From: a virus
Strand: one strand, 5' to 3'
DNA: 64,000 nt
Virus record (IMG/VR): IMGVR_UViG_3300028608_000008
Span: 60,246-124,245 of that record
The notes beneath the pieces were generated by a model that saw nothing but the letters and a program-made list of their open reading frames with translations, ran no database searches and was not told where the DNA came from. Positions 36,044 through 45,474 of this stretch are shown one piece after another (the stretch's first letter is position 1; each line of letters starts with the position of its first letter). Made by a program: the position numbers and the translations under genes.

Positions 36044-36959
36044 GTTTGAAAATTCCGATGCTGAAAAAGTCGAACAGCTTGAAGGCACGCTGCATGACGC
36101 GACCACTGCGCTTTTCGAAATCAAAAAGCTGTTGACCAAAGGCGGCACCCTGCTGGAGTTTTTCGACGACGTTGAAAAGCTGGTGACTGCCGAACCGGTT
36201 CGTGCCGCTTTGCATTGGCGCCGTGACAACACTGTGCGTCTGAAAAAGAAGGCGAAAGTGCAATCGACTTTGCTCATTCCAGAAATGGGCCAGCCTGAAA
36301 TGTTGCGACCGGCTGACCAGATTTACTTTCAGGCAACCGAGCGTGACGTTACCCGAATGCCCGTGCTGTTCAAAGACGGAAAGCGCGTAATGTGTTCCGT
36401 TATCAAGATCGAAGGCACGAAGCTGAAAGGCATTGTTGTCGGCACCGGGCAGATGGTGCAATTGCAAAATCTTATTATCGGACAGAACGACGATTTCATT
36501 TCGATTCAGCAAGGGCACCTGTCGTCCGTTCCGAAAGGCCGGTTGATCGAAGTGTACCCGGCGCCCAAACAGTACACCGGCCAGCGGGCGTGGGGCCGCT
36601 TAAACTTCGGCTGCCAAACCCAACCGAAAACCGCTGGGTTCTGGCGTGAGTCTATCGAAAAGTCTACTGAGCTTGGCGGCTCTTTGCCGTTTCCAGTGCG
36701 CATGAAATTGGAAACGTTTGAAAAAGAAGCGTTCCTCAAACAGTTGGCAATCGAAGAACGTCGGGCCACCAAACGCAATATGAAAGGTTGGAGCACCAAC
36801 CGCTGGGATGGTTCGAAAAACGGTTCGGCTGAATTCCAGTACAAAGGCTGGCGTTGGCCGTCTGGTTACAAAACGTATCTCGAAGGCGGCGTTTTGCCTT
36901 CGGCATCGTTCTTCAAATTCATCATGGGTTACGAACTTCCCGGTTTGCCCGCTTTATAA
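36021..36959 (+). CDS. Hypothetical protein
   Basis: 312-aa ORF. Confidence 0.75.
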   Translation: MKPRRLIEFENSDAEKVEQLEGTLHDATTALFEIKKLLTKGGTLLEFFDDVEKLVTAEPVRAALHWRRDNTVRLKKKAKVQSTLLIPEMGQPEMLRPADQIYFQATERDVTRMPVLFKDGKRVMCSVIKIEGTKLKGIVVGTGQMVQLQNLIIGQNDDFISIQQGHLSSVPKGRLIEVYPAPKQYTGQRAWGRLNFGCQTQPKTAGFWRESIEKSTELGGSLPFPVRMKLETFEKEAFLKQLAIEERRATKRNMKGWSTNRWDGSKNGSAEFQYKGWRWPSGYKTYLEGGVLPSASFFKFIMGYELPGLPAL

Positions 36960-36974
36960 AAAGGAGATTCACCA

Positions 36975-37415
36975 ATGGTCCCTGTTCAATTCAAATCGTT
37001 GTACAACATTTTCATGGGCGACACTGGTTCCGGTCGCACCAACAGCCTCCTGCATGGCGTACTGGTGGATACCAATCGTCACGCCGACGTAATCGCGGTA
37101 ATCGTTTCCGAAGAATGCAGTGCGCATAACCTGACCCGCGTTCTGATGGATAACGAAAACGTACATTCGCTCGGCATTGACCCAAACCGCACTATTTTCT
37201 GCGGCACCGAAAACCTCATGCTCGTTCTGCGTGACGTGATGCCGCAAGGTCCGGTGCATTTGTTTGTCGATGCTCCAAACAAAACGCGCATCAACACCTA
37301 CGGCAACAACGATGGTTCGCAGTCGCGTGTTTTGCGTTTTGACAATGCGCGCCTGAATGAAGCTGCGGAAATCGTACAGAAGCTTTCTGTTACCGTAGAC
37401 CTGACCGCGCTGTAA
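36975..37415 (+). CDS. Hypothetical protein
   Basis: AAGGAG RBS; GDTGSGRT is reminiscent of a P-loop. Confidence 0.7.
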   Translation: MVPVQFKSLYNIFMGDTGSGRTNSLLHGVLVDTNRHADVIAVIVSEECSAHNLTRVLMDNENVHSLGIDPNRTIFCGTENLMLVLRDVMPQGPVHLFVDAPNKTRINTYGNNDGSQSRVLRFDNARLNEAAEIVQKLSVTVDLTAL

Positions 37416-37419
37416 TCGT

Positions 37420-37659
37420 ATGGATTGGTTGCCACTAATCTGCATGTTGGCGCCGCTCATGTTCCCTGTTCTGATTTGGGTAAACCATTGCATTCATTCG
37501 GACGGTAAAAACATCCGTCTCGAAATGCTCAAATCAGACCAGCGGATCATGGACGAATTCTTTCACAAAATGCGAACCGGACAATACGCCCGCCATTACA
37601 CAGGGCCAGTGGGACCGCAAGGCCCGCAAGGTTTGCAGCAACCAAAGAGACAACAATGA
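37420..37659 (+). CDS. Small membrane-anchored protein
   Basis: N-terminal TM; short GPxGPQ collagen-like tail. Confidence 0.6.
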   Translation: MDWLPLICMLAPLMFPVLIWVNHCIHSDGKNIRLEMLKSDQRIMDEFFHKMRTGQYARHYTGPVGPQGPQGLQQPKRQQ

Positions 37660-38294
37660 ATCACTGCCACTACTGCAAACATCCATACGTCCACCGTCCA
37701 ATCACGCAAGTGCTGCAACCGGAAACCATCGCCAAAATCGAATTCGGTGATCGGTCACGCGGCTTGTGTTTGGACTGCGCTGTTCTGTTTCTCGGTCGCC
37801 CGCTGGAAGAACACGATTACATTCCGCAAAACAAACCGGCACCGATCCCGTTCTGCCCAATGCCTCCACACATTCCGACCGCTGCCAAAATGAACGATTT
37901 CATGCGGCGCTGTTTGGTTTGGAAGAAAGGTGTGCGCAGACAGACCACCATTGAAATGGGCGTGCGGCTTTCTGCGTTTTCCGAACCGTTGGTTTTCGAT
38001 GGTGAGTATATCGCAATCGGCTACCAGCCCGGCGCACAGGCGTGGCCTGCCTTGATCCTGTTCAACAAATATCCGTTTCTGGAACAACACCGCCCCGTCG
38101 CAATCAACGGGCATATTCCAGACTTTGAAGCGGGGATGCAAGTTGCAAACCGTTTGCTCAACGAAGCTATTCGCGATTGGATGAAGAAAAACGTTCAACT
38201 GAAACGCTGGTGCGATTCGTGTCACGACTTTTCCGTTGTTGACGGCGTATGCGAACACCGACCAAACCCAACCTTTCACGGAGAATCGAAATGA
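37656..38294 (+). CDS. Hypothetical protein with CxxC zinc-binding motifs
   Basis: CHYC...CLDC and C-terminal CDSC...C. Confidence 0.7.
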   Translation: MNHCHYCKHPYVHRPITQVLQPETIAKIEFGDRSRGLCLDCAVLFLGRPLEEHDYIPQNKPAPIPFCPMPPHIPTAAKMNDFMRRCLVWKKGVRRQTTIEMGVRLSAFSEPLVFDGEYIAIGYQPGAQAWPALILFNKYPFLEQHRPVAINGHIPDFEAGMQVANRLLNEAIRDWMKKNVQLKRWCDSCHDFSVVDGVCEHRPNPTFHGESK

Positions 38295-38809
38295 ACGAAT
38301 TGCCAAACGCCGATAAACTGGCCCACGCCCTAACGCTGATCGCTGAACATTACGGCGACCGTTGTGCAGAACGCAGCGGCGTGCCGTTGATGAACCACAT
38401 CACCGAAGGTTTGCAAATTCTGGATCGCTTCGGTGCCAGTGATTCGGTGAAGGCAGCGTTTTGTTTGCATCCGTTGCTGCAAGCGCCCGCCGACTACAAA
38501 GCAAACTCCGAACGTTTGGCTACTGACGATATGATCGACGTTCAAGTTTTCCGCATGGCTGTCGATTACCGCTGGGCAGCGAATGCGTATTTGTGCAAAC
38601 CGGAAACCGACCACTGGAATCAACACGATATCCATCAAAAAGTCGGCCACCTGTACCCGGAACTGCGCTTGCTGCTGATTGCAGACAAAGAACAGAACCA
38701 GAAAGATTTCATGCTCTACCACTACAACAAACACGAACGTTCGGGTGAACTGAAACGCTACTTCCACAACTGGCTCGACTACCTCGGCGTTTCTGAATTG
38801 AAGGCGTAA
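38291..38809 (+). CDS. SpoT/Mesh1-like HD-fold protein with degenerate HD (HP)
   Basis: HYGDR..RSGVPLMNH...IL...AAFCLHPL...LIADKEQN parallels H.GQ.R.SG.PY..H...AALLHD...LADKL.N. Confidence 0.6.
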   Translation: MNELPNADKLAHALTLIAEHYGDRCAERSGVPLMNHITEGLQILDRFGASDSVKAAFCLHPLLQAPADYKANSERLATDDMIDVQVFRMAVDYRWAANAYLCKPETDHWNQHDIHQKVGHLYPELRLLLIADKEQNQKDFMLYHYNKHERSGELKRYFHNWLDYLGVSELKA

Positions 38810-38812
38810 CAA

Positions 38813-39142
38813 ATGCAAATCATCTACCGTCAATATTTGGCAGACCCGGAATCCAAAAAGGAAGTCATGGGCTGCCTGTCGGGCGATAAGCAAGCAAAGC
38901 AGTACATTGACGAAATGAACAAACGGGAAGGCGACCGCCCGTGGTTCGTCTGGTCTTCCGAGAAAACCAAAGTGCTGCGCCCGATCAAGCACAAGCCACG
39001 CAAAGCGAAAGCTGTAAAGACTGATGACGCTGCGCAGGTTCTTGATACCGTGGTTCAAGGCGCAATCGCTGATTACAAAACTTCACCACCGACGCCGAAA
39101 CGTACAGGCCGCACTCTCAAGCTGAAAAAGGATTCTGAATAA
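38813..39142 (+). CDS. Hypothetical basic protein
   Basis: ORF track. Confidence 0.7.
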   Translation: MQIIYRQYLADPESKKEVMGCLSGDKQAKQYIDEMNKREGDRPWFVWSSEKTKVLRPIKHKPRKAKAVKTDDAAQVLDTVVQGAIADYKTSPPTPKRTGRTLKLKKDSE

Positions 39143-39426
39143 TGGCAACCTGCCCACACGGTGTAAACCTCAACGAAGAAGACTGCAACTTCTGTGACCT
39201 GCGCGATGCTCAAGGTTGCGCGGACGGCGAAATGCTGACCTGCCGCCACGGCACCTACATCGAACAAGTCGAATGCGAAGACTGCGCCGAAGATGATTGC
39301 GGCGACATTCCGGGCACCGGCGAAGACGACGAAGACGACGATATGCAGCGCGGCGCCGAACTGGATGCAATGGCCGAACGTCACCGCGAACGGCAAGACT
39401 TTGCGTACTTCCACCCGGAGGATTAA
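39142..39426 (+). CDS. Cys-rich acidic small protein
   Basis: Two CxHG-x7-CxxC units. Confidence 0.7.
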   Translation: MATCPHGVNLNEEDCNFCDLRDAQGCADGEMLTCRHGTYIEQVECEDCAEDDCGDIPGTGEDDEDDDMQRGAELDAMAERHRERQDFAYFHPED

Positions 39427-39429
39427 GCA

Positions 39430-39666
39430 ATGGCCGACGCAAACCGAAGCTGGACCGTGTTAAACAATTTTCACCGGCCCCAATGCACCAAAACTGCTGG
39501 GTTGTTTCGGTTGTCGGTAGATAACTCTGGTGCGCATATGCTGCATGCCAGTTTTGTAAACCACCAAGCCAGCATGGATACCGACCGCGCTAGCATTATC
39601 AAATTGCGCGACGACCTCACAAAGTTTCTGGACGCCACTGCGCCCGATGGAGAAAGCAATGGGTGA
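39430..39666 (+). CDS. Hypothetical protein
   Basis: GGAGG RBS. Confidence 0.65.
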   Translation: MADANRSWTVLNNFHRPQCTKTAGLFRLSVDNSGAHMLHASFVNHQASMDTDRASIIKLRDDLTKFLDATAPDGESNG

Positions 39667-40186
39667 CTACATTGCAATTCGCTACAACCTGACAATCAAA
39701 CCGGAACACCGGGCCAAGGTGTCCAAACAAAACATGCGGCGCGAAGCGTGCCAGCCGTTGGATTGGGCACGCGCTGATTTGCGTTTTGCTGACCACGCCC
39801 AGCAACTGGTTTGGCAACAATTCCTGTTGCACGAAATCAGCCAGCGTTTCCCCGATGCCTGCCTGCTCCATTACAATCCGCAAGGTTGGGAATTCCAACG
39901 CCGTTATTTCAGTTGGGAAACTGGCGAAATGAAAGGCACCGTTTGCCACAAAGTCATTCCGGGTGGCGTGCAAATGTTGGCGCAGGTTCTGCCGCTGATT
40001 GCGGACGAATGGAAAGTCGAAGTCGCAATTCGTGATCTGCTAATGTCTCACGGGCAGTACGAAATGCACGGTTGCGAGCCGGTCGATATCTATTCGCACA
40101 CTGGCGACGATCTGTTCCGTGATCGTGTCAAGAAAGCGGAAGATGAAGAAGAAAAAGAATTCGGGGGCCAGTGGGGCTTCCGTTAA
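39647..40186 (+). CDS. Hypothetical protein
   Basis: ORF track; start may be 39659. Confidence 0.7.
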   Translation: MEKAMGDYIAIRYNLTIKPEHRAKVSKQNMRREACQPLDWARADLRFADHAQQLVWQQFLLHEISQRFPDACLLHYNPQGWEFQRRYFSWETGEMKGTVCHKVIPGGVQMLAQVLPLIADEWKVEVAIRDLLMSHGQYEMHGCEPVDIYSHTGDDLFRDRVKKAEDEEEKEFGGQWGFR

Positions 40187-40205
40187 TTGATATGGAGATT
40201 TTGTT

Positions 40206-41450
40206 GTGACTACTCAGATTCGCATTCGCTGCACCGATCCGTTCCACGCCGAAGTATTGCTGGACGAAGCACCGGGCAAACTTTTGCTCAACGTGCTGGG
40301 CCGTTCTTACGAAGGTTTTCTCGCCCGTGGTGAAGGCGCGCAGGTAATCCGTGCGCTTACCAAACTGGCAAAAGAAGACAACACCGGCACCATCACGCTG
40401 GTTCCCAAACTCGCAAACTATTTGCTACGCATTGTCACCGAGCGCATCGCCCACTTCGCTTACCGCATGAATCAGGTAAACGACAAAGTGGAAAACCAGC
40501 GCTGGGGCAAAAACGGTTTGAAGCTGACCGACGAAATGTTGGAAGCTTCGCAAGGCCACGACGAAATCTATCGTTTGTCGCAAGTGCTCACCGTTCTTAC
40601 TCTGGCTTCGCGTCATTACGCAAACGTCTATTTCATTCGTGAAGACCTCGAAGACAAAGAGGACGACGAAGACGAATCCGATCTGACTTCCGGCACCGAC
40701 TACAGCGAACTCGATGACGACGATATGCTGGATGAAGACGAAACGCCGGAAGAAATCGCCGAACGTATTTCGTCCGAATCTCCAACCACGCAGCGCCGCA
40801 CTATTTCCGAAGCGCGTGGTTTCGGAATTGACATTGTTGGGCGACTGGCAGACTGCAATTGCAGCGGGCATGCACTGCAATTCATTTCCATGCACGAAGT
40901 CATGACCGACGCCGAAAAAGAATTGTGGGCAAACAAACCTGATTACAATCTGCTGTATTCGGCAATTGTTCAGTACATCAAATTTGCCAAAAACAATCAC
41001 GAGCACGTTGTAGTTCGCGAACTGACTCAGGCCGAAGCCAACACGGTACGCCATCCAGAAGACTCGCAATTGTTTGCAGTTGAGCAGTTGCCCATGCCGA
41101 AGGCGGGCATACCCGATTCCAAAGTTCAGGAAATCGCGGGCAAGGTTTTCAAACGGGCAACCGGACATTCCGTAGACGGCCAACCGCCGATCCTCAAACC
41201 GGAAGGTGTGGAACGTTGGGTAGTGTCGGTCGAAACGTTTATGACCGTTGAAGAACGCGAAATGATTGCGCCGATGGAAACCAATCTGGAATCGTCGCTG
41301 TCTGAAATGTTTGCGCATCACTACGAATCCAAGGATTCCGAAAAGACCGGCCTGTACCGCGTGCTGGTCGCGTGCGAATCCCAATGTCCAGCCGACGACA
41401 ACCATCTGTATCTGGTCGTAACTGATTTGCCGAAGCGCGCCAATTCCTAA
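40206..41450 (+). CDS. Hypothetical protein with acidic central linker
   Basis: 414 aa, GGAG RBS, GTG start. Confidence 0.8.
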   Translation: MTTQIRIRCTDPFHAEVLLDEAPGKLLLNVLGRSYEGFLARGEGAQVIRALTKLAKEDNTGTITLVPKLANYLLRIVTERIAHFAYRMNQVNDKVENQRWGKNGLKLTDEMLEASQGHDEIYRLSQVLTVLTLASRHYANVYFIREDLEDKEDDEDESDLTSGTDYSELDDDDMLDEDETPEEIAERISSESPTTQRRTISEARGFGIDIVGRLADCNCSGHALQFISMHEVMTDAEKELWANKPDYNLLYSAIVQYIKFAKNNHEHVVVRELTQAEANTVRHPEDSQLFAVEQLPMPKAGIPDSKVQEIAGKVFKRATGHSVDGQPPILKPEGVERWVVSVETFMTVEEREMIAPMETNLESSLSEMFAHHYESKDSEKTGLYRVLVACESQCPADDNHLYLVVTDLPKRANS

Positions 41451-41463
41451 AATCGGACGGTGG

Positions 41464-41580
41464 AAACATCCAGTAGGTCGTAAGTCTTAGGGCTTTCGGC
41501 CTACTGCCGTTTGTGGGATAATGTCCATGCTGTGGAGAGACTGTGCTCTGCGGCCAACACTTACGACTTACTGGAAGTTT
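41464..41580 (+). promoter_or_regulatory. IR-flanked promoter cassette 4
   Basis: Left aaacatccagtaggtcgtaag; TGgGATAAT (41517-41522); right cttacgacttactggaagttt (19/21). Confidence 0.8.
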
Positions 41581-41593
41581 GGGGACACATAGA

Positions 41594-41944
41594 ATGGCAC
41601 GTAAACCGAAACAGGAATACTCGGAAGCTTCGCAACTTTTGGACCGCTTCACTTTCGAGATATCCGTCCATTTCAAGGATGAAAATGCCTGCCGCTTTTT
41701 AGTGGTGGACGTTCGTGCCCGGTCGTTGACCGAAGCCAAACATTTGGTCGTTCTGCAATACCGCAACAAAGACAATGCCTTTGTGCAGGAATGGGTTCGC
41801 ACCTATCACCACGGTCGTGATCGTTCGTGGTTGCGCGAAGGACACAAAAACTACTACCCGCAAATTGTTCAGGTCCGCCAGTACGACCGTGCAATCTATG
41901 AACGTTTGCTGAAAGAAAGGAATGCAGAATATGCAGTTCAATGA
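41594..41944 (+). CDS. Hypothetical protein, first gene after cassette 4
   Basis: GGGGA RBS before ATG 41594. Confidence 0.75.
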   Translation: MARKPKQEYSEASQLLDRFTFEISVHFKDENACRFLVVDVRARSLTEAKHLVVLQYRNKDNAFVQEWVRTYHHGRDRSWLREGHKNYYPQIVQVRQYDRAIYERLLKERNAEYAVQ

Positions 41945-42170
41945 GCTACCCGCAAAACTGCAAGTTTGTTTGCTCGGTGGAGTTCTTGCCGCAATCGAAG
42001 GCGAGGCCGTGCGACACAAAAGCAAGCTGGCCGGAATTGTTAGCGCACTGACCCGCAACATCGGTCTAGGCGAAGACGATATCGACAATATCATTGACAA
42101 CCTTTCGGAAGAAGAAAAGCGAGTGCTGCGCGCATACAGTGACCAACTGTTGGCAGCAAACAAATCGTAA
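41922..42170 (+). CDS. Hypothetical protein
   Basis: AAGGA RBS. Confidence 0.7.
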   Translation: MQNMQFNELPAKLQVCLLGGVLAAIEGEAVRHKSKLAGIVSALTRNIGLGEDDIDNIIDNLSEEEKRVLRAYSDQLLAANKS

Positions 42171-42326
42171 CACCGCAACACCGGGCGTCTTCGGGCGCCC
42201 AACCAAAGCCGCTCATTAGCGCACGCAATACAAAAGTTTGTCGGAACTGAAAACCGACCCACGCTGCAAACACCTTGGCTACTCCCAGCCACACGAAAAC
42301 TTAAAACCTTAATGGGAACTACTGTA

Positions 42327-42836
42327 ATGACTACTGAAAACGTTCAACCAACCGTCGAAACCATACTCGCCAAAATCGACATTGGCGAAAAGCCGAAACG
42401 GGGTCGCAAGAAAACTGGCGTGACTGTCCGCCCAATTTCCCGTTCCGGCCCGCGCATGCAGGTCAAACCGGACGAAGTGATTGAGTACGCCGCGTTGATG
42501 ATTGCGGTTATCGGCAAACGCAACAATTTGACCCGCTGGCAAATGCGTAAAAGCATGGTGCGTGAACTTTGCCAGACTGGTATCCGTTCCCGCTTGTATG
42601 ATGAATTGTCGGATTGTTTGTCGGAATACGGCGTCATGATGATGGACGTTAGCGACAAGTATTTCGCATTCCTGCAAACTGACAAAACCAATTCGTGGCG
42701 CCACGTCGGCCTGAAAGATTTGACCGAGGAAGAACGCCGCAATCCAAACATGGAAGCGATGGAAAAAGAAATCGGCTACGTCGGCCCGTGGGATGCCATG
42801 ACCGACGAAGAACGCGCTGAATACGAAGACGCATAA
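42327..42836 (+). CDS. Hypothetical protein (family shared with 32004 and 59346)
   Basis: ORF track. Confidence 0.75.
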   Translation: MTTENVQPTVETILAKIDIGEKPKRGRKKTGVTVRPISRSGPRMQVKPDEVIEYAALMIAVIGKRNNLTRWQMRKSMVRELCQTGIRSRLYDELSDCLSEYGVMMMDVSDKYFAFLQTDKTNSWRHVGLKDLTEEERRNPNMEAMEKEIGYVGPWDAMTDEERAEYEDA

Positions 42837-42850
42837 CTGCAAACATTTTC

Positions 42851-42870
42851 GGGGCGGCTTCGGTCGCCCC
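42851..42870 (+). other. cUUCGg tetraloop hairpin following AACTGCAAAC motif
   Basis: ggggcggc-ttcg-gtcgcccc; similar hairpins at 14578-14593, 21317-21338 and 42183-42200. Confidence 0.6.
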
Positions 42871-42889
42871 ATTCTCTGAGGTACGCATC

Positions 42890-43417
42890 ATGCACGACTT
42901 TTTCGAAAAGCTTTTCCAACTTTTGTTTGCTTGGCTTCCGTCAATGACTTGGACAGTTGAAATGTCTACGGAATCCGGCATGGGTAAAGCAAAGGCGTTT
43001 CTGGTGATGGTTGTTGCCGGATTCCTGCTGTACAAACATTTGGTCAAACCCGTGGTGATTACCTGCTGGGCAATCTTCTGGAGTTTGGTCTGCGCGTTGT
43101 CGGTAATCGGCGTTAGCATTTACGCCGCGTACAAACACAAACGTTTGGGGCAACTGCACTGGCATCGTTTGCCGACTGTGATTTTGTCGCGCTGGTTTGG
43201 TTTCATGGCCGATGGATACAACAGCACGACCGTTACCCACGCGCACTACATTTGGCGCAGCCCGTTCGATTGGACATTGCGTGCCCAAGCGTTTCGGGAA
43301 AAGCAGCCGCGTGAAAAAGTCACCGACAATATTTGTGATGAAGACGAAGACGATGACTTCGACCTGCCCGAAGAATCGTTCAAACATTTAGGCGTTGATA
43401 AGGAATCCGAAAAATGA
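42890..43417 (+). CDS. Membrane protein (paralog of 43414)
   Basis: GAGG RBS; TM segments. Confidence 0.75.
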   Translation: MHDFFEKLFQLLFAWLPSMTWTVEMSTESGMGKAKAFLVMVVAGFLLYKHLVKPVVITCWAIFWSLVCALSVIGVSIYAAYKHKRLGQLHWHRLPTVILSRWFGFMADGYNSTTVTHAHYIWRSPFDWTLRAQAFREKQPREKVTDNICDEDEDDDFDLPEESFKHLGVDKESEK

Positions 43418-43719
43418 ATGAAGCACTGGTGCTGTTGTTGATTTTGGTTGCATTGTTTTGGCGTTCGATCATCTGGCCGATTCTCCACGCTACCGCCGCC
43501 GTTATTAGCTGGCACCTGTTGTTCATCTACGCAATGTGGAAACACGAAGCGTTTAGCGAAATCAAATGGCGGAACCTGCCACGGCATATGTGGCGCGAGT
43601 TTGTGCAATGGCTCGAATGTGTTCCGGACAATTGCAGCAACGATATGTTTTACTGGGGCGGCGTTTTTGTTTGGCACGTCAAACCCTATATCCCTGAGCA
43701 AAAGGAACCGCAAGCATGA
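43414..43719 (+). CDS. Membrane protein (paralog of 42890)
   Basis: TM segments; IYA.WKH...W..LP shared. Confidence 0.7.
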   Translation: MNEALVLLLILVALFWRSIIWPILHATAAVISWHLLFIYAMWKHEAFSEIKWRNLPRHMWREFVQWLECVPDNCSNDMFYWGGVFVWHVKPYIPEQKEPQA

Positions 43720-44264
43720 CTTTGAAAATCGAAGGTTACGAACTGACCCAACTGGAAACCCTCGGCAAAAGTGTTGAGACGGTAGACACCCGCAAACTTT
43801 CTATCAGCGGTGACGCGCAGTACGTCGCGCAGGTTTACTTGACGCTCGGTTTGTTTGCGCCTGTTGTGCAAGAACTGAAAAAGCGGGTAGACGCGGAAGG
43901 CCCAGTGTTTAAACTGACCCGCGAACAGGAAAACGCCCGAATCAGTTTGGGGATTACCGAAGCCGAAGCGCTGGAAATGGCAAACAGTGGCAAACAGCAA
44001 CCGCCTGCCGTGTCCGCTATTGTCCCAAGCGAAGCGCTGCCTTTCGGTTTCCTGTTGCCGAAAGATGGCGAAGCACGGGAACACGCTGTAAAACATTTGC
44101 GCTGGGTACTGCACTCCACCCACAAAGGTTCCGCAAACTCGGACAACCTGACCGACAAAAAGTTTGCAAGTTGGATGCTTGGACTGTATGACGCGTTTCT
44201 GCCAATCCTAACCAGAAACGAAATGGCCTATGTGTTTGCAGGCGCTGGCGTGGAGAAATCGTAA
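43716..44264 (+). CDS. Hypothetical protein
   Basis: AAGGA RBS. Confidence 0.75.
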   Translation: MTLKIEGYELTQLETLGKSVETVDTRKLSISGDAQYVAQVYLTLGLFAPVVQELKKRVDAEGPVFKLTREQENARISLGITEAEALEMANSGKQQPPAVSAIVPSEALPFGFLLPKDGEAREHAVKHLRWVLHSTHKGSANSDNLTDKKFASWMLGLYDAFLPILTRNEMAYVFAGAGVEKS

Positions 44265-45073
44265 TGAAAAAGTTGCATGAGCCAGTTCAACCGAAACGCG
44301 GTGTTCGTTTGCCGTCGCAGGAAGCACAATCCGTTGCCGGTGCCGTTTTCAGAATCATTGAAGAAATGCGCACCGATACCGATTACGCCAACCTGACGCC
44401 CGAACAGTTTGCCGAAATCCTGAAAAAGCCCGAGGTGCCGGTAAGCCCGCGTGTGGTCGAACTTTTCGACCTGATGAAAAGCGCGGATGGCCTGACCGCT
44501 GCCCCGCCAAAGATTGCCGAAATGATTTTGTTGCTGGTCGGTGAAATGCTCGGCCAGCAAATGGTCAACTTCGATACGGACCGTTTCGAGAATTGCGAAT
44601 ACGCATTCGATTGGACGGCACGCGATCAGGCCAGCGTGATGACGCCGCAAATGTTGGATGCGACTTTGAAGGTCATGGCCTACGCAATGGTTGCATCAAC
44701 TATCGGTCGCCGTCGTGGGTATCCGTCGTGCAGCGCCAAGCCAAACGAATACCTGTACGGCGAAGATGTTTTCCGGCGCCAGCTTTTGGAGTCAGAACTG
44801 TTTCGCGGTTTCGGTTTCCGCATTCACTGCCGTCGCGTGCGCAACATGCGAAACGAAGAACCGTATGCGCGTTACACCGAAGACCATTCGAAAATGCAGT
44901 GGCTGCTCAAACAAATGGTTTTGACCGGTGCGTTGTTTGGTTTCATTCCGAGAAAGGACGCGGTGTTTATGGCGTCGTCGTATTCGGCAGTCGAGTGGGA
45001 CTGGCTGTTTACCGATCCGATCATCGCACACAAACTTTACAAGCGCGCAATGGAACGTTTGGAACGTGACTGA
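44264..45073 (+). CDS. Hypothetical protein
   Basis: GGAG RBS. Confidence 0.75.
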   Translation: MKKLHEPVQPKRGVRLPSQEAQSVAGAVFRIIEEMRTDTDYANLTPEQFAEILKKPEVPVSPRVVELFDLMKSADGLTAAPPKIAEMILLLVGEMLGQQMVNFDTDRFENCEYAFDWTARDQASVMTPQMLDATLKVMAYAMVASTIGRRRGYPSCSAKPNEYLYGEDVFRRQLLESELFRGFGFRIHCRRVRNMRNEEPYARYTEDHSKMQWLLKQMVLTGALFGFIPRKDAVFMASSYSAVEWDWLFTDPIIAHKLYKRAMERLERD

Positions 45074-45473
45074 AACCAAGATCAAGTCGCAAATCAAACA
45101 GTTTGACGGCGAGTGTTCCACTGCCTACGTTTTGTTTGCAGACGGCAAGTGGGCATCGCACGCGGAAGTTCGCGACGAAGGCCAGTTCTATTCGCTTGAG
45201 GACGTGTCAACAGTTGAAAAGTTTCGGCGCCGTGGGTTCATGCGCCAACTGTTGCTGCACATCAAAGCGGAATGTCAGAACCGTGAGTTTCGTTTGATTG
45301 TTGCGCCCGACAATCACGAAGCAATCGTGCTCTATCTGGAATTGGGTTTCGTGTTCACCGGCGACGACACTTACCGTCAAACGTTGAAAGAGCGCGGGGC
45401 TGAGGCTTGTATTCCACCCGTTATGGAAATGCCGGAAATGGTTTGGGCATCCGGATACGTTAAGGAGAATTGA
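45066..45473 (+). CDS. GNAT family acetyltransferase
   Basis: Acetyl-CoA motif A (VSTVEKFRRRGFMRQLL) and motif B (LIVAPDNHEAIVLYLELGF); probable GTG start at 45066. Confidence 0.85.
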   Translation: MTETKIKSQIKQFDGECSTAYVLFADGKWASHAEVRDEGQFYSLEDVSTVEKFRRRGFMRQLLLHIKAECQNREFRLIVAPDNHEAIVLYLELGFVFTGDDTYRQTLKERGAEACIPPVMEMPEMVWASGYVKEN

Positions 45474-45474
45474 A

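Noticed and set aside
36975-37415. P-loop NTPase call (GDTGSGRT)
   Set aside because: Lacks the GKT/S lysine and the protein is only 146 aa; insufficient support.
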